From assembly GCA_965216815.1 (NCBI GenBank), contig OZ244202.1, forward strand, positions 3,801,335-3,865,334: DNA of 64,000 nucleotides, given 5' to 3'. The DNA is from Acidimicrobiales bacterium. Lineage in GTDB: Bacteria; Actinomycetota; Acidimicrobiia; Acidimicrobiales; SHLQ01. Below are positions 40,080 to 49,863 of the stretch, piece after piece (positions within the stretch are counted from its first letter, which is position 1; the number at the start of each line of letters is the position of its first letter). The position numbers and the translations under genes were made by a program. The notes beneath the pieces were generated by a model. The model had not been told where the DNA came from and did not search any database. It saw only the letters and a program-made list of their open reading frames with translations.

Positions 40080-43000
40080 CTACCGCGGCCCGGTCTCGAA
40101 GTCGCGTATGTGTTTGGCTACGTCGCGCATGGCACTCACGAGGTCGATCGTGATCTCGGCCGCCGGGTCGGCTGCGGCGCCGACGAGCACCGCGCGGGCG
40201 ACCTTCGAACCGGTCGAGCGCTCCAGTGCGTGTGCGTATGCAGCCAGCTGTCGCCGGTAGACGGCCTCGAGGGTGCGGTGGACCGAGACGGCATCGGATT
40301 TGTAGTCGACGATCACAAGGCCCCCGTCGGTCTCGACGACGAGGTCGACATAGCCTTCGACGAGGCGGTCCTCGAGCGGTGCCGATACCAGGACCTCACG
40401 ATGATGAGGATTCGATCGCGCCAATGCGATCACGTGCGTATCGAGCGTTCGATGAACCATGGCTGCGATGTCTGCGGAGGCTTCCGCAACACCGAAGCGT
40501 TCGGATGTCTCCCGGCACAGCGTCGCGACGAGCGACCGGTCGTCGAACGAGATCGCCTCCATGACCGCGTGGTAGGCGAGGCCGACCGATGTACCCGAGG
40601 TGCCATCTCGGACCGTTTCGGTCGAGTGCTCGGCGACCGAGTCATCGACGAGGGAAGAGTCGGCGAGGGAAGACGCGGCGATGACCGCACCGGCTTCGGG
40701 AGTCGGCGACGGTTGCTCGGCTACCAAGCGTTGCCGCTCGTCGAGGAGGTGACCGAGCCGCTCGCACGCAGCCGAATCGATCGGCGGGGGCTCCACCGCC
40801 ACCCGAGCCGGACGGTCCGCCCGCACGACCAGGTCGGGGGCTTCGGTAGCAGCTCTGTCGAAGGTCGCGCCGTGCGAGTCGATCGACTCGATGTGATGCG
40901 CGCTCACAAAGAGGTGATCGCACGCTCGAGTGGTCGCTACGTACAGGAGGCGCAGCGCCTCGTGCGCGTCCATCTGCGCCTCGAGCTCCCGCCGGCGATC
41001 GAACCCGACGCTCTCGACCGCTCGTGTGAGGCTCAGCTGTGGCGGGCTGTGCTCGTCGCCGTAGTGGACCGACACGCCTCCTGACCGCCGGCCGAGCTTC
41101 GTCGTGAGGCCAGAGAGCACGACGATCGGGTACTCGAGTCCTTTTGCACCATGAGCCGTGACTATTCGGACCGAATTCTCAGTCTCGTTCTCGATCGGCT
41201 CTTGCACCCGGGCCCCGTCTACCTCCTGGCGGCGAGCCCACTGGAGGAATCGTCGGAGGTCACCCTGCTCGGCATCGCAAAAGGCGCGAGCCTGGTCGAC
41301 CAGGAACCTCAGCGCGCCGACGCGTTCGGTCGGCCGATCGCTCGCATACGCAGCGGCGAGCATCCCGCGCTCGGAGACGACCCGCTCGATCATCTCCGAC
41401 GGCGTGCACCACCAGCGAGCCGCGTGCAGATCTGCTATGTAGCGAAGCGCTGCGCCGACCCGTCCACCTCCCGTGGATGCGGCTGGCGAGCTCAGGTAGT
41501 CGAAGCCATGTCCGGCTGCGGCCCAACGCGCCAGTTCCGTGTCCGGCACGGCTAGCGCAGACGACCGGAGCGCCCCGACGACCGCGACGTGGTCACTCGG
41601 GTCGTCGACCGCGTGCAGAACCCCGAGCACCTCGCGCACGGCGTCGGAGCTGTAGAGCAGCGCACCGGTCTCGCTGTGATGATCGATGCCCGCTTCGCTC
41701 AATGCTGCGGTCAGAAACGGCAAGGACGCACGGGTCGGCACGATGATGGCAATGTCGTTCGCTCGCATCGGCCGCCATCTGTCGCTACGGCGGTCGTGTA
41801 CGGGCCGAGAAGAAGGGTCCTGCAGCATCGCTGCTATTAGGGCGGCGGCGTCGGTGGCTTCACAGGAGCGCGCGTGCGCAGCCATCGTGCCTTTGGGGTG
41901 CTGCCCACCGAAGATCGTCGGACGGTGATCGACGCCTCCTCCCGCGCGGACGGCTACGAGCGGCTCGTATTTCGGCTGGGCCCCCGCCACCTCCTCGGGC
42001 ATGAGGTGCGCGAAGGTTGCGTTGACGAACGCGACTATCGGTCCCACCGTTCTGAAGTTCTGTGTGAGACGGACGGTCGAGTCGCCTCCGAACCTGTCGC
42101 GTGCTTCCAAGAAGAGACCGATGTCGGCCCGTCGAAAACGGTAGATGGACTGCTTGGGGTCGCCGACGAAGAAGAGGGAGCCGGGCGGAGTCGGGCTGGT
42201 CTCCCATCTCCCCGTGAACGCATCTCCCGACGCTATGGCTACCGCTATCTCGATCTGGAGTGGATCGGTGTCCTGAAACTCGTCGAGGAATATGTGGCGG
42301 TAGCGCTCGTGAAGCGAGCGCCTCGAGGCTGCGTGTTCGCAGACCACTCGACGAGCCAGAACCAGCAGGTCGTGGAATTCGAGCCGCCCGGACTCGGCCC
42401 GCTCGTTGGCCATCGCCTGCGTGAAGTCGGCCAGTTCGGCGGCCAGCAGCGGCAGAACACCGTCGGTTGCCGTCTCCCTCAGGTGGCTTATGGCCTCGAT
42501 CGCGTCGGTAGCGAGTTCACGGATCTCGCCGATCTCGCAGGTCCAACTCGCAGCCCTACCCGTTCTCGACAACTTCCTGGGGGCGAACGCGGCGAGGACG
42601 CGAAGGCGATGGGTCTCCGACCGGTCGCCGGTGAGAGCGAGCAAGGTCGGCAGCAGCGTGTCTCGGACATAGGTGAACAGGCGGTCCTCGTCGTCGGTGC
42701 AGCGCTCGAGCGCGGATTCGAGCGCGTCGAGATGGTCCCGCAGCCGAGACCAGGCGATCGGCCGAAGAGCGCGGTCGGCGCGGACGAACCCGTCGAGCTG
42801 ATCCCAGTTGTCGTTGAACTGGAGCGCCACGTCGCGAAGCCCGACTCGCGTCCGTGAATCGATGGGCACGTCGAGCAGCAGCGATCGGATCAGCAGCGAC
42901 CGTCGGTCGCTGCGGGCGTAGAGGGAGTCGAGGAACCGTCGCCAGCGCGCGTCGAACGCGAGCTGGGACTCGACCTCGTCCATGACTTCGATATCCGGGG

Positions 43001-43361
43001 GCAGTCCGATGGCGCCGCCGTGGAGGCGCAGTACGCGTTGCGCGAACGAGTGCAGGGTGGAGACGACCATGGCGTCGATGTCTTCGAGCGCTTCGCGCGC
43101 GCGTGGCTCCGCCTCGGGGTCGTGCAGCTGCGCCTGGAACTCCTCGCGAACGCGGACCCGCAGTTCGGCCGCTGCTGCTTCGGTGAAGGTGATCGCGGCG
43201 ATGCTGCCCATGTCGGCTCCGCGCCGGCACACGAGGTTGACGACCCGCTCGACCAACTGGGAGGTCTTGCCCGAACCTGCACCCGCTTCGACAAAGAGGG
43301 TGTCGGTGAGACCGCGGTCGACTATGAGCGACCGCGCGTCGGCGTCGGCTAGCTCATGCAT
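40080..43361 (-). CDS. UvrD-like ATP-dependent helicase with C-terminal PD-(D/E)XK nuclease (AddA/AdnB-type subunit)
   Basis: EAGAGSGKTSQLVERV (Walker A), LDEFQDTDP and VGDPKQSIYRFRRAD. C-terminal EGYVDLVVETDGGLVIVDYKSD nuclease motif. Confidence 0.9.
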   Translation of the reverse strand: MHELADADARSLIVDRGLTDTLFVEAGAGSGKTSQLVERVVNLVCRRGADMGSIAAITFTEAAAAELRVRVREEFQAQLHDPEAEPRAREALEDIDAMVVSTLHSFAQRVLRLHGGAIGLPPDIEVMDEVESQLAFDARWRRFLDSLYARSDRRSLLIRSLLLDVPIDSRTRVGLRDVALQFNDNWDQLDGFVRADRALRPIAWSRLRDHLDALESALERCTDDEDRLFTYVRDTLLPTLLALTGDRSETHRLRVLAAFAPRKLSRTGRAASWTCEIGEIRELATDAIEAISHLRETATDGVLPLLAAELADFTQAMANERAESGRLEFHDLLVLARRVVCEHAASRRSLHERYRHIFLDEFQDTDPLQIEIAVAIASGDAFTGRWETSPTPPGSLFFVGDPKQSIYRFRRADIGLFLEARDRFGGDSTVRLTQNFRTVGPIVAFVNATFAHLMPEEVAGAQPKYEPLVAVRAGGGVDHRPTIFGGQHPKGTMAAHARSCEATDAAALIAAMLQDPSSRPVHDRRSDRWRPMRANDIAIIVPTRASLPFLTAALSEAGIDHHSETGALLYSSDAVREVLGVLHAVDDPSDHVAVVGALRSSALAVPDTELARWAAAGHGFDYLSSPAASTGGGRVGAALRYIADLHAARWWCTPSEMIERVVSERGMLAAAYASDRPTERVGALRFLVDQARAFCDAEQGDLRRFLQWARRQEVDGARVQEPIENETENSVRIVTAHGAKGLEYPIVVLSGLTTKLGRRSGGVSVHYGDEHSPPQLSLTRAVESVGFDRRRELEAQMDAHEALRLLYVATTRACDHLFVSAHHIESIDSHGATFDRAATEAPDLVVRADRPARVAVEPPPIDSAACERLGHLLDERQRLVAEQPSPTPEAGAVIAASSLADSSLVDDSVAEHSTETVRDGTSGTSVGLAYHAVMEAISFDDRSLVATLCRETSERFGVAEASADIAAMVHRTLDTHVIALARSNPHHREVLVSAPLEDRLVEGYVDLVVETDGGLVIVDYKSDAVSVHRTLEAVYRRQLAAYAHALERSTGSKVARAVLVGAAADPAAEITIDLVSAMRDVAKHIRDFETGPR

Positions 43362-46233
43362 CGATGTGGTCGGGGTCGGGCTGCGGGACCGGCGGACCCG
43401 GCTGTTTCAAGTCGATCTGGTGGCCTCGCTCGATCGGGCACAAACGGTCGAACGGGCAGGTCCGGCAGTTGTCGTAGGTGGCGAAGTAGTCGTTGTACGC
43501 GCCAGGGTGCATCGGGAACTCACCGAGATCGATACGCGTGACGATGTGATCGACCACTTCGATGAACCGTCGCCGCTGCGAGTCGCCGAATTCGTAGCCG
43601 GTGAGCGCCTTGCCGGCGTCGGTCTCGCGCAGCCCCCAGTAGTAGGCGCTGGCGATGCCATCCTCGGGGTCGGGTGCGACCGCCAGCGCGTACACGCCGA
43701 GCTGCAGGTGCGTGCCACCGTCGGTCGGGTCGGCTTCGAGGGCTTTGTTGGATACGACTCGACCCGATTTGTAGTCGAACACGATCGGGCGACCGTGTCG
43801 ATCGCGGTCGACGCGGTCGGCGAACCCTCTCAGCCCGATCCTGCGTCCCGATGGCAACTCGACCGCCAGCGGTGCCGCCTCGCCGACGCCGATTGGGAGT
43901 TCGACGGCGTGCGTCTCTGACCCGAACCTGGCACGTAACTCGGCGTCGACGCTCAACCAAGCGTGCAGGTGGCCGAGAAGCTCCTCCTGGGTCAGCTCCC
44001 AGAGCAGCGCTCGCCCGCCGACTCCTGTTCGGCCGATCGACTCGAACCTCTCGACCGCCAGCGCTTCGATGCGCTGGATCTCTTCGGTACGAGATCGGCC
44101 GTCCGAGGAGCGCCCATTGCCCGAGATGCGCTCGGAGACGAACTTCTCCAGGATCTCGTGTAGCAAGCTCCCCCGGTCGAGGGCGGAGAGCTCGATGACT
44201 TGTTCGGGGCGTTCGACCTCGCCGACACCGAGCTCGTACGTGAGGAAGTAGCGCATCGGACAGCGCGCCCACGTTTCGAGCCGGGTCGCCGAAACGACGT
44301 CGGGCACCGACGCCAGATCGGGACCGACGACACCGTCGTACTCGCCGAGTCTCTCCGACCTTCTGGCACCGATCAGCATCGCGGCATCGCCGATCGGACC
44401 CCGGAATCCATCGATGTCGGTCAACGGGACCCGAGCCCCTGCGGCGGCCGCCGCGAGGTGGTGGTCGAGGTCGTCAAGACCAAGCGGGGCGGGAGGCGCG
44501 AGCTCTCGCTGCCCGACGCGCTCGATCTCGACGCGGTCGAGCGTGGACCACTCCGACGCGAGAACCGTGCGGCCCACGCAGCGGGACAGGGCATCGAGCA
44601 ACCAGGGCGACGGTCCGAGTTGGCGACCGCGCCGCGGATCGACTCGCGATGCGCTGAGCCAGCGTTGTCGACGAGATCCCGCCAACGCGGCGCCGAACGC
44701 TTGGCGTTGCGCAGCGACCTGTTCTCGGCGCCCCTCCAACACGTCTTCCCCGACGAGCTCGCGGTCGCGTTCCTCGAACAACGCGTGTTCGCCCGTCGGT
44801 GCAGGGAGCATGCCATCGTTGCATCCGAGGACGAATACGGCGTCGACGTCCAACGCTGCGGCCGCCGCGATCGGAACGACCGTGATGCCCCGCCCGGCTG
44901 TGCCCTTCGCCGGCGCCGGTGCCGCCAGGATGGCCTCGATCGCGAACACGAACGCGTCTTGGGAAGCGAAAGGCTCGATCGCATCGTTCGAGGCCAGGCG
45001 CGCCAACGCTGCATCGATGCGGCGATGGCTCTCGATCTCGTTCTCCGGCCAGCCGTCACCTGGATGTGGACTTCCGACCAGCGCAGCGAGCCTGTCGCGC
45101 ACCCACCGACTTCTCGAGCTCCAGCTCTGTGGGATCGACGCCGGATCGGTGAGGTCGGCGATCAACTCGACTATTCCGCCAATCGCGTCGATGTCGTCGA
45201 TCTCGCGGCGCAACGCAGCACGCTCGCCATCGCCGAGGTCGACCGATCGATCGGCCGAGGTGGTCTGAGCGAGTGCGAACCGCCGTGCGTCGAGCTTGTC
45301 GTTCCAATCGTCGATGCCGGCGAGCACCCCGGCGCGACGGGAGATCTCGTCGATGCGTGACGCCGAAAGCGATGTGAGCAGACTCGGCGCCGTGGAGAGG
45401 AGATCGACGACCGCATCGCGTTCGAGCGCCGTGACCTGCCCGGAGACGAAGGCGAGAAGCCGGGCCAGCACACGGCCCGACGCCGACGATGCCAACGTCC
45501 GGTCGGGCGGTGCCGACCAGGGCCACCGACGGGCCTCGAGCGACTCTCCGAGCATTCGACGGTACGGTCCTGTGCCCGGGTAGACGAGCCCGATGCGCTC
45601 GGGTGGAACACCTTTGCGCATCAGTCGCGCGACTCGCCGCAGAACCCCCGACACCTCGGCGGCAGGGTCGAGCGCATCGATGAAACCGGTCGCGTCCTCG
45701 ACATCGGCTACGGCGACCAACGCGACGGCACCGCCCTCGACCAACGTCTGCAGGTACGCGGCCTCGGCGGCGTCGAGACGCTGGGTGACGACGATGATCG
45801 TCGCCACGGCCCCGGCGTCCGATGCCATCCGCTCAACTCCCTGCCAGAGAACGTCGGCATCGTCGTCGTAGCCGTCGAGGAGCGCCGCCATGTGGTCGGT
45901 GAGGGCGAGGCTCTCGCGAACGTGCTCGGAGCCGTCATCGGCGAGTCGGCGACGACGGTCGGAACCGAGCGTCCGCAACGTTCGGTAATTGCGAACCAGC
46001 GCGCGGTGCAGCGAGGCGTGGTCGACCTGTTTGGACGGCGCCGCGGCGAGGGCACTGCGCGCCGCGGAGTAGAGGATCTCGGCGGGGGGCTGCGGGCACA
46101 CCGACCGACCGAGGCGCGCCCGAGCATTCGCCACGGGTGTCTCGAACACGACGTTGGCCAACCCACCCGAATGCCTCGCGACACTGCGGCGGAGCCGTAG
46201 GCCGACAGCATTGCTCGCGACGACGACACGCAC
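43354..46233 (-). CDS. PD-(D/E)XK nuclease subunit of the helicase-nuclease (AddB-like; no Walker A seen; Cys cluster)
   Basis: FADRVDRDRHGRPIVFDYKSG nuclease motif. WARCPMRYF plus CRTCPFDRLCP give four Cys in AddB-like spacing. There is an 8-nt overlap with the downstream helicase gene. The coding signal continues upstream to 46347 without a canonical start. Confidence 0.85.
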   Translation of the reverse strand: MRVVVASNAVGLRLRRSVARHSGGLANVVFETPVANARARLGRSVCPQPPAEILYSAARSALAAAPSKQVDHASLHRALVRNYRTLRTLGSDRRRRLADDGSEHVRESLALTDHMAALLDGYDDDADVLWQGVERMASDAGAVATIIVVTQRLDAAEAAYLQTLVEGGAVALVAVADVEDATGFIDALDPAAEVSGVLRRVARLMRKGVPPERIGLVYPGTGPYRRMLGESLEARRWPWSAPPDRTLASSASGRVLARLLAFVSGQVTALERDAVVDLLSTAPSLLTSLSASRIDEISRRAGVLAGIDDWNDKLDARRFALAQTTSADRSVDLGDGERAALRREIDDIDAIGGIVELIADLTDPASIPQSWSSRSRWVRDRLAALVGSPHPGDGWPENEIESHRRIDAALARLASNDAIEPFASQDAFVFAIEAILAAPAPAKGTAGRGITVVPIAAAAALDVDAVFVLGCNDGMLPAPTGEHALFEERDRELVGEDVLEGRREQVAAQRQAFGAALAGSRRQRWLSASRVDPRRGRQLGPSPWLLDALSRCVGRTVLASEWSTLDRVEIERVGQRELAPPAPLGLDDLDHHLAAAAAGARVPLTDIDGFRGPIGDAAMLIGARRSERLGEYDGVVGPDLASVPDVVSATRLETWARCPMRYFLTYELGVGEVERPEQVIELSALDRGSLLHEILEKFVSERISGNGRSSDGRSRTEEIQRIEALAVERFESIGRTGVGGRALLWELTQEELLGHLHAWLSVDAELRARFGSETHAVELPIGVGEAAPLAVELPSGRRIGLRGFADRVDRDRHGRPIVFDYKSGRVVSNKALEADPTDGGTHLQLGVYALAVAPDPEDGIASAYYWGLRETDAGKALTGYEFGDSQRRRFIEVVDHIVTRIDLGEFPMHPGAYNDYFATYDNCRTCPFDRLCPIERGHQIDLKQPGPPVPQPDPDHIDA

Positions 46234-46356
46234 CGGCGCGAGAGCCGTCGCCCGGTTGGCGTTGATCTCGTCGGCGAGCGCGGCGACGAGCGCGGGGCCG
46301 AAAGGGACCTGGTGGGAAGGAGAGAGCTGTTTGGGCGAGTCGATGATGCCGCGATG

Positions 46357-46899
46357 CTACGACCGGGGTGCGACAGTCGAGATCGATGCGCCTTCACAGC
46401 GAAGCACCCAGCGCGAGAACGCGCCGTCGTCGCACCACGCCGCTTGCTCCGCTGCCACGCCGCCGAGGGAGAGATCACCGTTCGCGACGGCGAGCCGCAG
46501 CTCGGTCCACGCCGGTCGGGGCATCGAAAGATCGTTCGGCGGATGGGTTGGAAGGCGCAGGACCAGCCGACACGCGTCGACGACGAGACCGACCGGAGGT
46601 TCGGCCATCGGTTGAACGGTGGCATCGGCGCGCATGATGGCGCTCTCGGTCCGACCGTTCTCGCACACGGCGACAGCGACTCGACATCGGTCACCGTCGG
46701 TCTTGTCGTGCCCGTCGGCCACTATGACCACCATCGTCCAGTCGGCCGGGGCGCGGAACCCCGCGAGTACGAGCATGGGGTGATCGTCGAGCGGGAGCAG
46801 GTGCAACTCCGCTCCCCCTTCGCGCTCGACCACCCCGGCCACGAGCGGCTCACCGACGTCGAGCAGGGCGGCGAGCAGCGCTTGGGTGTTCGGTTTCAT
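46357..46899 (-). CDS. hypothetical protein
   Basis: GGAGG lies 6 nt before the ATG at 46899. 180 aa, no recognisable family. First gene of the minus-strand run that contains the helicase-nuclease. Confidence 0.55.
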   Translation of the reverse strand: MKPNTQALLAALLDVGEPLVAGVVEREGGAELHLLPLDDHPMLVLAGFRAPADWTMVVIVADGHDKTDGDRCRVAVAVCENGRTESAIMRADATVQPMAEPPVGLVVDACRLVLRLPTHPPNDLSMPRPAWTELRLAVANGDLSLGGVAAEQAAWCDDGAFSRWVLRCEGASISTVAPRS

Positions 46900-47119
46900 C
46901 TTGCACCTCCGTTGGCGGACCCTTCTCGTCGAGTCCGTTCGCGTCCGTGGAGGCGCTGTGAAGGCAACACCGACCTTGTGTCCATGATGCACGCCGGGTG
47001 TGACACCCCTCGCTCGCGGCACCAACGGGAACACCACTCGCTGCGAGATGCCAAGAGCCTCCGTGGCTCGAACGGCCCTCCGGAGGGGCGATGAAAACGG
47101 CTGTCGGCGTTCGCCTGGC

Positions 47120-48184
47120 TCAGCGCGCCAGGCCGGCGAGAGGGCCGGTGGCGAACGCCGCCGCCCACTGCTCGCGTGCGCGAGGCGTCATCGTGTTCCA
47201 GTCATAGACCGAGCCGCCGACCGAGCGGGAGTCGACGAGCGCTTGTTCGAAACGCGCAAGCTCGTCGAGCGAGGCGAGAGGCTCTTCGGCATCCGGCGGC
47301 GGCCTCCCGTTTGCACCGATCCCGCCGATCCCGTGCACGAGTGCGTCGGGGTTGCCGATGTTGGCCCGCAATCGAGCTGTGCTGTCGACATGGTAGGTGT
47401 AGCCGTCGCCGAACTCTTCGGAGCGGACAGACCAGTAGCTCATCGGCAGCCAGGCCTCATAGTGAGGCTCGATCGCGCGCCAAGGAAACCCCGGCCAGAA
47501 GTCCTCGTTGACGACCTCCATGAGCGATGGCGGCACCACGATCGCCCCCAATGGTCCTTCGGTATCCGCCGCCGCCCGCGCGCTGAGATCGACGAGTCTC
47601 GCAGACCTCTCCTCGGCCGGGAGGTCGTCGGAGACCCATTCGATGTCGATCGCCACTCCGTCGAATCGATGGCCGAGCACAGCGAATTCGTCGATCGCCT
47701 CCAGACGCGCCAGGTCGGCTTCGACATCCCATTTGGGTAGGTACCAGCCGACCACGTCGATGTCGGCTGCATGAGCTCGCTGGAGGAACTCGGCCAGAAG
47801 CCACGGGTCGACGAGGCCCTCGGGTGATCGATCATCGATGCGGGCGGCCTGCAGGTAGAGCGTCGTCACCCCGTGTGCCGCCATGTCGTCGACGACAGCC
47901 GGACCGATCGGAGGGTTGGGTCCGGCGTACGCCTCGACCGAGTCGAAGACATCGACCCACGCACCCTGTCCGCGGTAGGACCGAAGGCGACGCTCGGTGG
48001 GCTCCGCTATGACGAGAACCGGCTTCTCGAACTCGCGCGCCGCCGTTTCGAACGTGAGTATTCGGTCCCTCGTGCGATATGCATCGATTGCGAACACCAC
48101 CGCGACCACCGATACGAGCACCCCGAATGCTCCTGCCACGAAGCGCACACGGTGGCGCATCGGCGACTCGTCTGGCTCGTCCAC
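47120..48184 (-). CDS. membrane-anchored hypothetical protein, possibly glycoside-hydrolase-like TIM barrel
   Basis: N-terminal TM helix FVAGAFGVLVSVVAVVFAI. The pattern GVTTLYLQA...DVVGWYLPKW...GVAIDIEW is reminiscent of putative glycosidase families. Function uncertain. Confidence 0.6.
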   Translation of the reverse strand: MDEPDESPMRHRVRFVAGAFGVLVSVVAVVFAIDAYRTRDRILTFETAAREFEKPVLVIAEPTERRLRSYRGQGAWVDVFDSVEAYAGPNPPIGPAVVDDMAAHGVTTLYLQAARIDDRSPEGLVDPWLLAEFLQRAHAADIDVVGWYLPKWDVEADLARLEAIDEFAVLGHRFDGVAIDIEWVSDDLPAEERSARLVDLSARAAADTEGPLGAIVVPPSLMEVVNEDFWPGFPWRAIEPHYEAWLPMSYWSVRSEEFGDGYTYHVDSTARLRANIGNPDALVHGIGGIGANGRPPPDAEEPLASLDELARFEQALVDSRSVGGSVYDWNTMTPRAREQWAAAFATGPLAGLAR

Positions 48185-48252
48185 CGAGACAACGTACTCC
48201 CAGGGGGCGGGGGCTACGCCGTTGCATCCCGGCCGGGGACTAGCCTCACGGC

Positions 48253-49863
48253 ATGGAGGACCCCAGGGCCGAGCGCGCCCCGGCCGCCATCGACCGACGA
48301 AAACTCCTCCTCGGCATCGGATTCGGCCTCACCAACGCTGCGGTTCTCCGCCAGCTCGCGGTCAGCGAGGGCACGGGCGCCTCGAGCGCCGGGTCGACTC
48401 CGACGACCTCGACATCCCAAGTTCCCAACGAGACCGCCGATCTCGCAGCACCCTCGGGGGGCGGACCCTCGGCAGCCCCAGCGGTCGACACGACTCCCCC
48501 AGCCGCACCCGACACAGTCTTCGACACGGTCATCGCGAACGGGCGCGTCATGGACCCCGAGACCGGTTTCGACCGCATCGCGAACGTCGGTATCACCGGT
48601 GATCAGATCGCCTTCATCGGTGAAGCCGAGCTCGATGGGACCACCGCGGTCGACGCCACCGGCAAGGTGGTGAGCCCCGGATTCATCGACATCCTGTCCT
48701 ACCAACTGAACGGCTATGGCGAGTGGTTCAAGGTCGCCGACGGCGTGACGAGCAACCTCGGAATGCACGGTCTCAGATTCCCCGCCGACGACTACTACAA
48801 CCGCTGGGTCGGCGAAGGTGCGCCCGTACATTTCGGCGGCTCCGTGCACACCGACACGACCAGAGGCGACCTCGGCTACGGGATAGGTGAAGAGATCCCG
48901 ACGGGATCGCTGGGCCAGGCGGCCGACGCTGTGAGGGCCCAGATCGAGGCCGGCTACTTCGGGATCCATGCACAGCCCGAATACACGCCGGGCATGACCA
49001 ACGCAGAACTGACGCGCTATGGCAAGGTGGCCGGCGAGCTCGGCGTGCCACTGACCGTGCACGCCAGGTTCAGCGACAATCACCAACCCGGCACCAACCT
49101 CGAAGCTGTCACCGAGTGCATCCAGGTCGCAAGCGACACAGGCGCACACGTGCACGTCGAACACATCAACTCGACCGGCGGAACCGGCGTCATGGCCGAG
49201 GCGATCGACATGATCGAAGGCGCTCGAGCCGAAGGTTTGTCGATGACCGCCTGTATGTACCCCTACACGTTCTGGGCAACCGGGCTCCAGACACCCCGCT
49301 ACAACGACTGGCAGGAGAAGTACGACCTCTCCTATTCCGACCTCCAGGTCGCGGGTCAGCCCGATCGGCTCAACGCGACCACCTATCAGCAGGCATTCGA
49401 GGAGAGCGCCCTCACGGCTGCCTACGCCATCAGCGAAGCCGACAACGAAACCGCTGTGGCTGCCGACTTCGTCATGGTCGGTAGCGACGCGATTCTCGAG
49501 ACGAGCCACGACAACCACCCCCGCGCGACCGGATGCTTCTCCCGAACCATCGCCCAATACGTGAGGGAACGCCGACTGATCGGGCTGATGGAGGCCATCG
49601 CCAAGATGACGATCTTGCCGGCGAAGCTCATCGAGGGGGCGGCTCCGGCGATGCGCCGAAAGGGCCGGCTCCAGGTCGGAGCAGACGCCGACATCACGGT
49701 TTTCGACCCGAACGTCATCGCCGACCGGTCAACCATCGTCGATCCCAGCCCTGAGTCGGTCGGTGTCGAGCACGTCTTCGTGAACGGCACCCTCACTCGC
49801 GACCCCAACGGCTCTGTCGAGTCCGCGAGCGCCGGTACCGCCATCCGGTCGGAGCTTGCATGA
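48253..49863 (+). CDS. Tat-exported amidohydrolase, D-aminoacylase-like
   Basis: Twin-arginine signal IDRRKLLLGIGFG. DTVIANGRVMDPETG...ATGKVVSPGFID N-terminus and C-terminal ADITVFDPNVIADRSTIVDP. The usual HxH after PGFID reads ILSY. Confidence 0.75.
   Translation: MEDPRAERAPAAIDRRKLLLGIGFGLTNAAVLRQLAVSEGTGASSAGSTPTTSTSQVPNETADLAAPSGGGPSAAPAVDTTPPAAPDTVFDTVIANGRVMDPETGFDRIANVGITGDQIAFIGEAELDGTTAVDATGKVVSPGFIDILSYQLNGYGEWFKVADGVTSNLGMHGLRFPADDYYNRWVGEGAPVHFGGSVHTDTTRGDLGYGIGEEIPTGSLGQAADAVRAQIEAGYFGIHAQPEYTPGMTNAELTRYGKVAGELGVPLTVHARFSDNHQPGTNLEAVTECIQVASDTGAHVHVEHINSTGGTGVMAEAIDMIEGARAEGLSMTACMYPYTFWATGLQTPRYNDWQEKYDLSYSDLQVAGQPDRLNATTYQQAFEESALTAAYAISEADNETAVAADFVMVGSDAILETSHDNHPRATGCFSRTIAQYVRERRLIGLMEAIAKMTILPAKLIEGAAPAMRRKGRLQVGADADITVFDPNVIADRSTIVDPSPESVGVEHVFVNGTLTRDPNGSVESASAGTAIRSELA

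Noticed and set aside
46357-46359. TAG read-through fusing the 180-aa ORF to the nuclease subunit, which is in the same frame.
   Set aside because: The frame match is a one-in-three coincidence, no read-through context or precedent is visible, and non-canonical initiation or an error is the simpler explanation.
46900-47119. An SOS (LexA) box or damage-inducible promoter motif upstream of the helicase-nuclease run.
   Set aside because: Only an isolated GTTCGA half-site and a weak TGTCAC-N10-CATCAT were seen. Neither is close enough to the known consensus to call.
48214-49557. A 447-aa ORF antisense to the amidohydrolase gene.
   Set aside because: It is a shadow ORF with no recognisable motifs, and the opposite strand has a Tat signal and family motifs.
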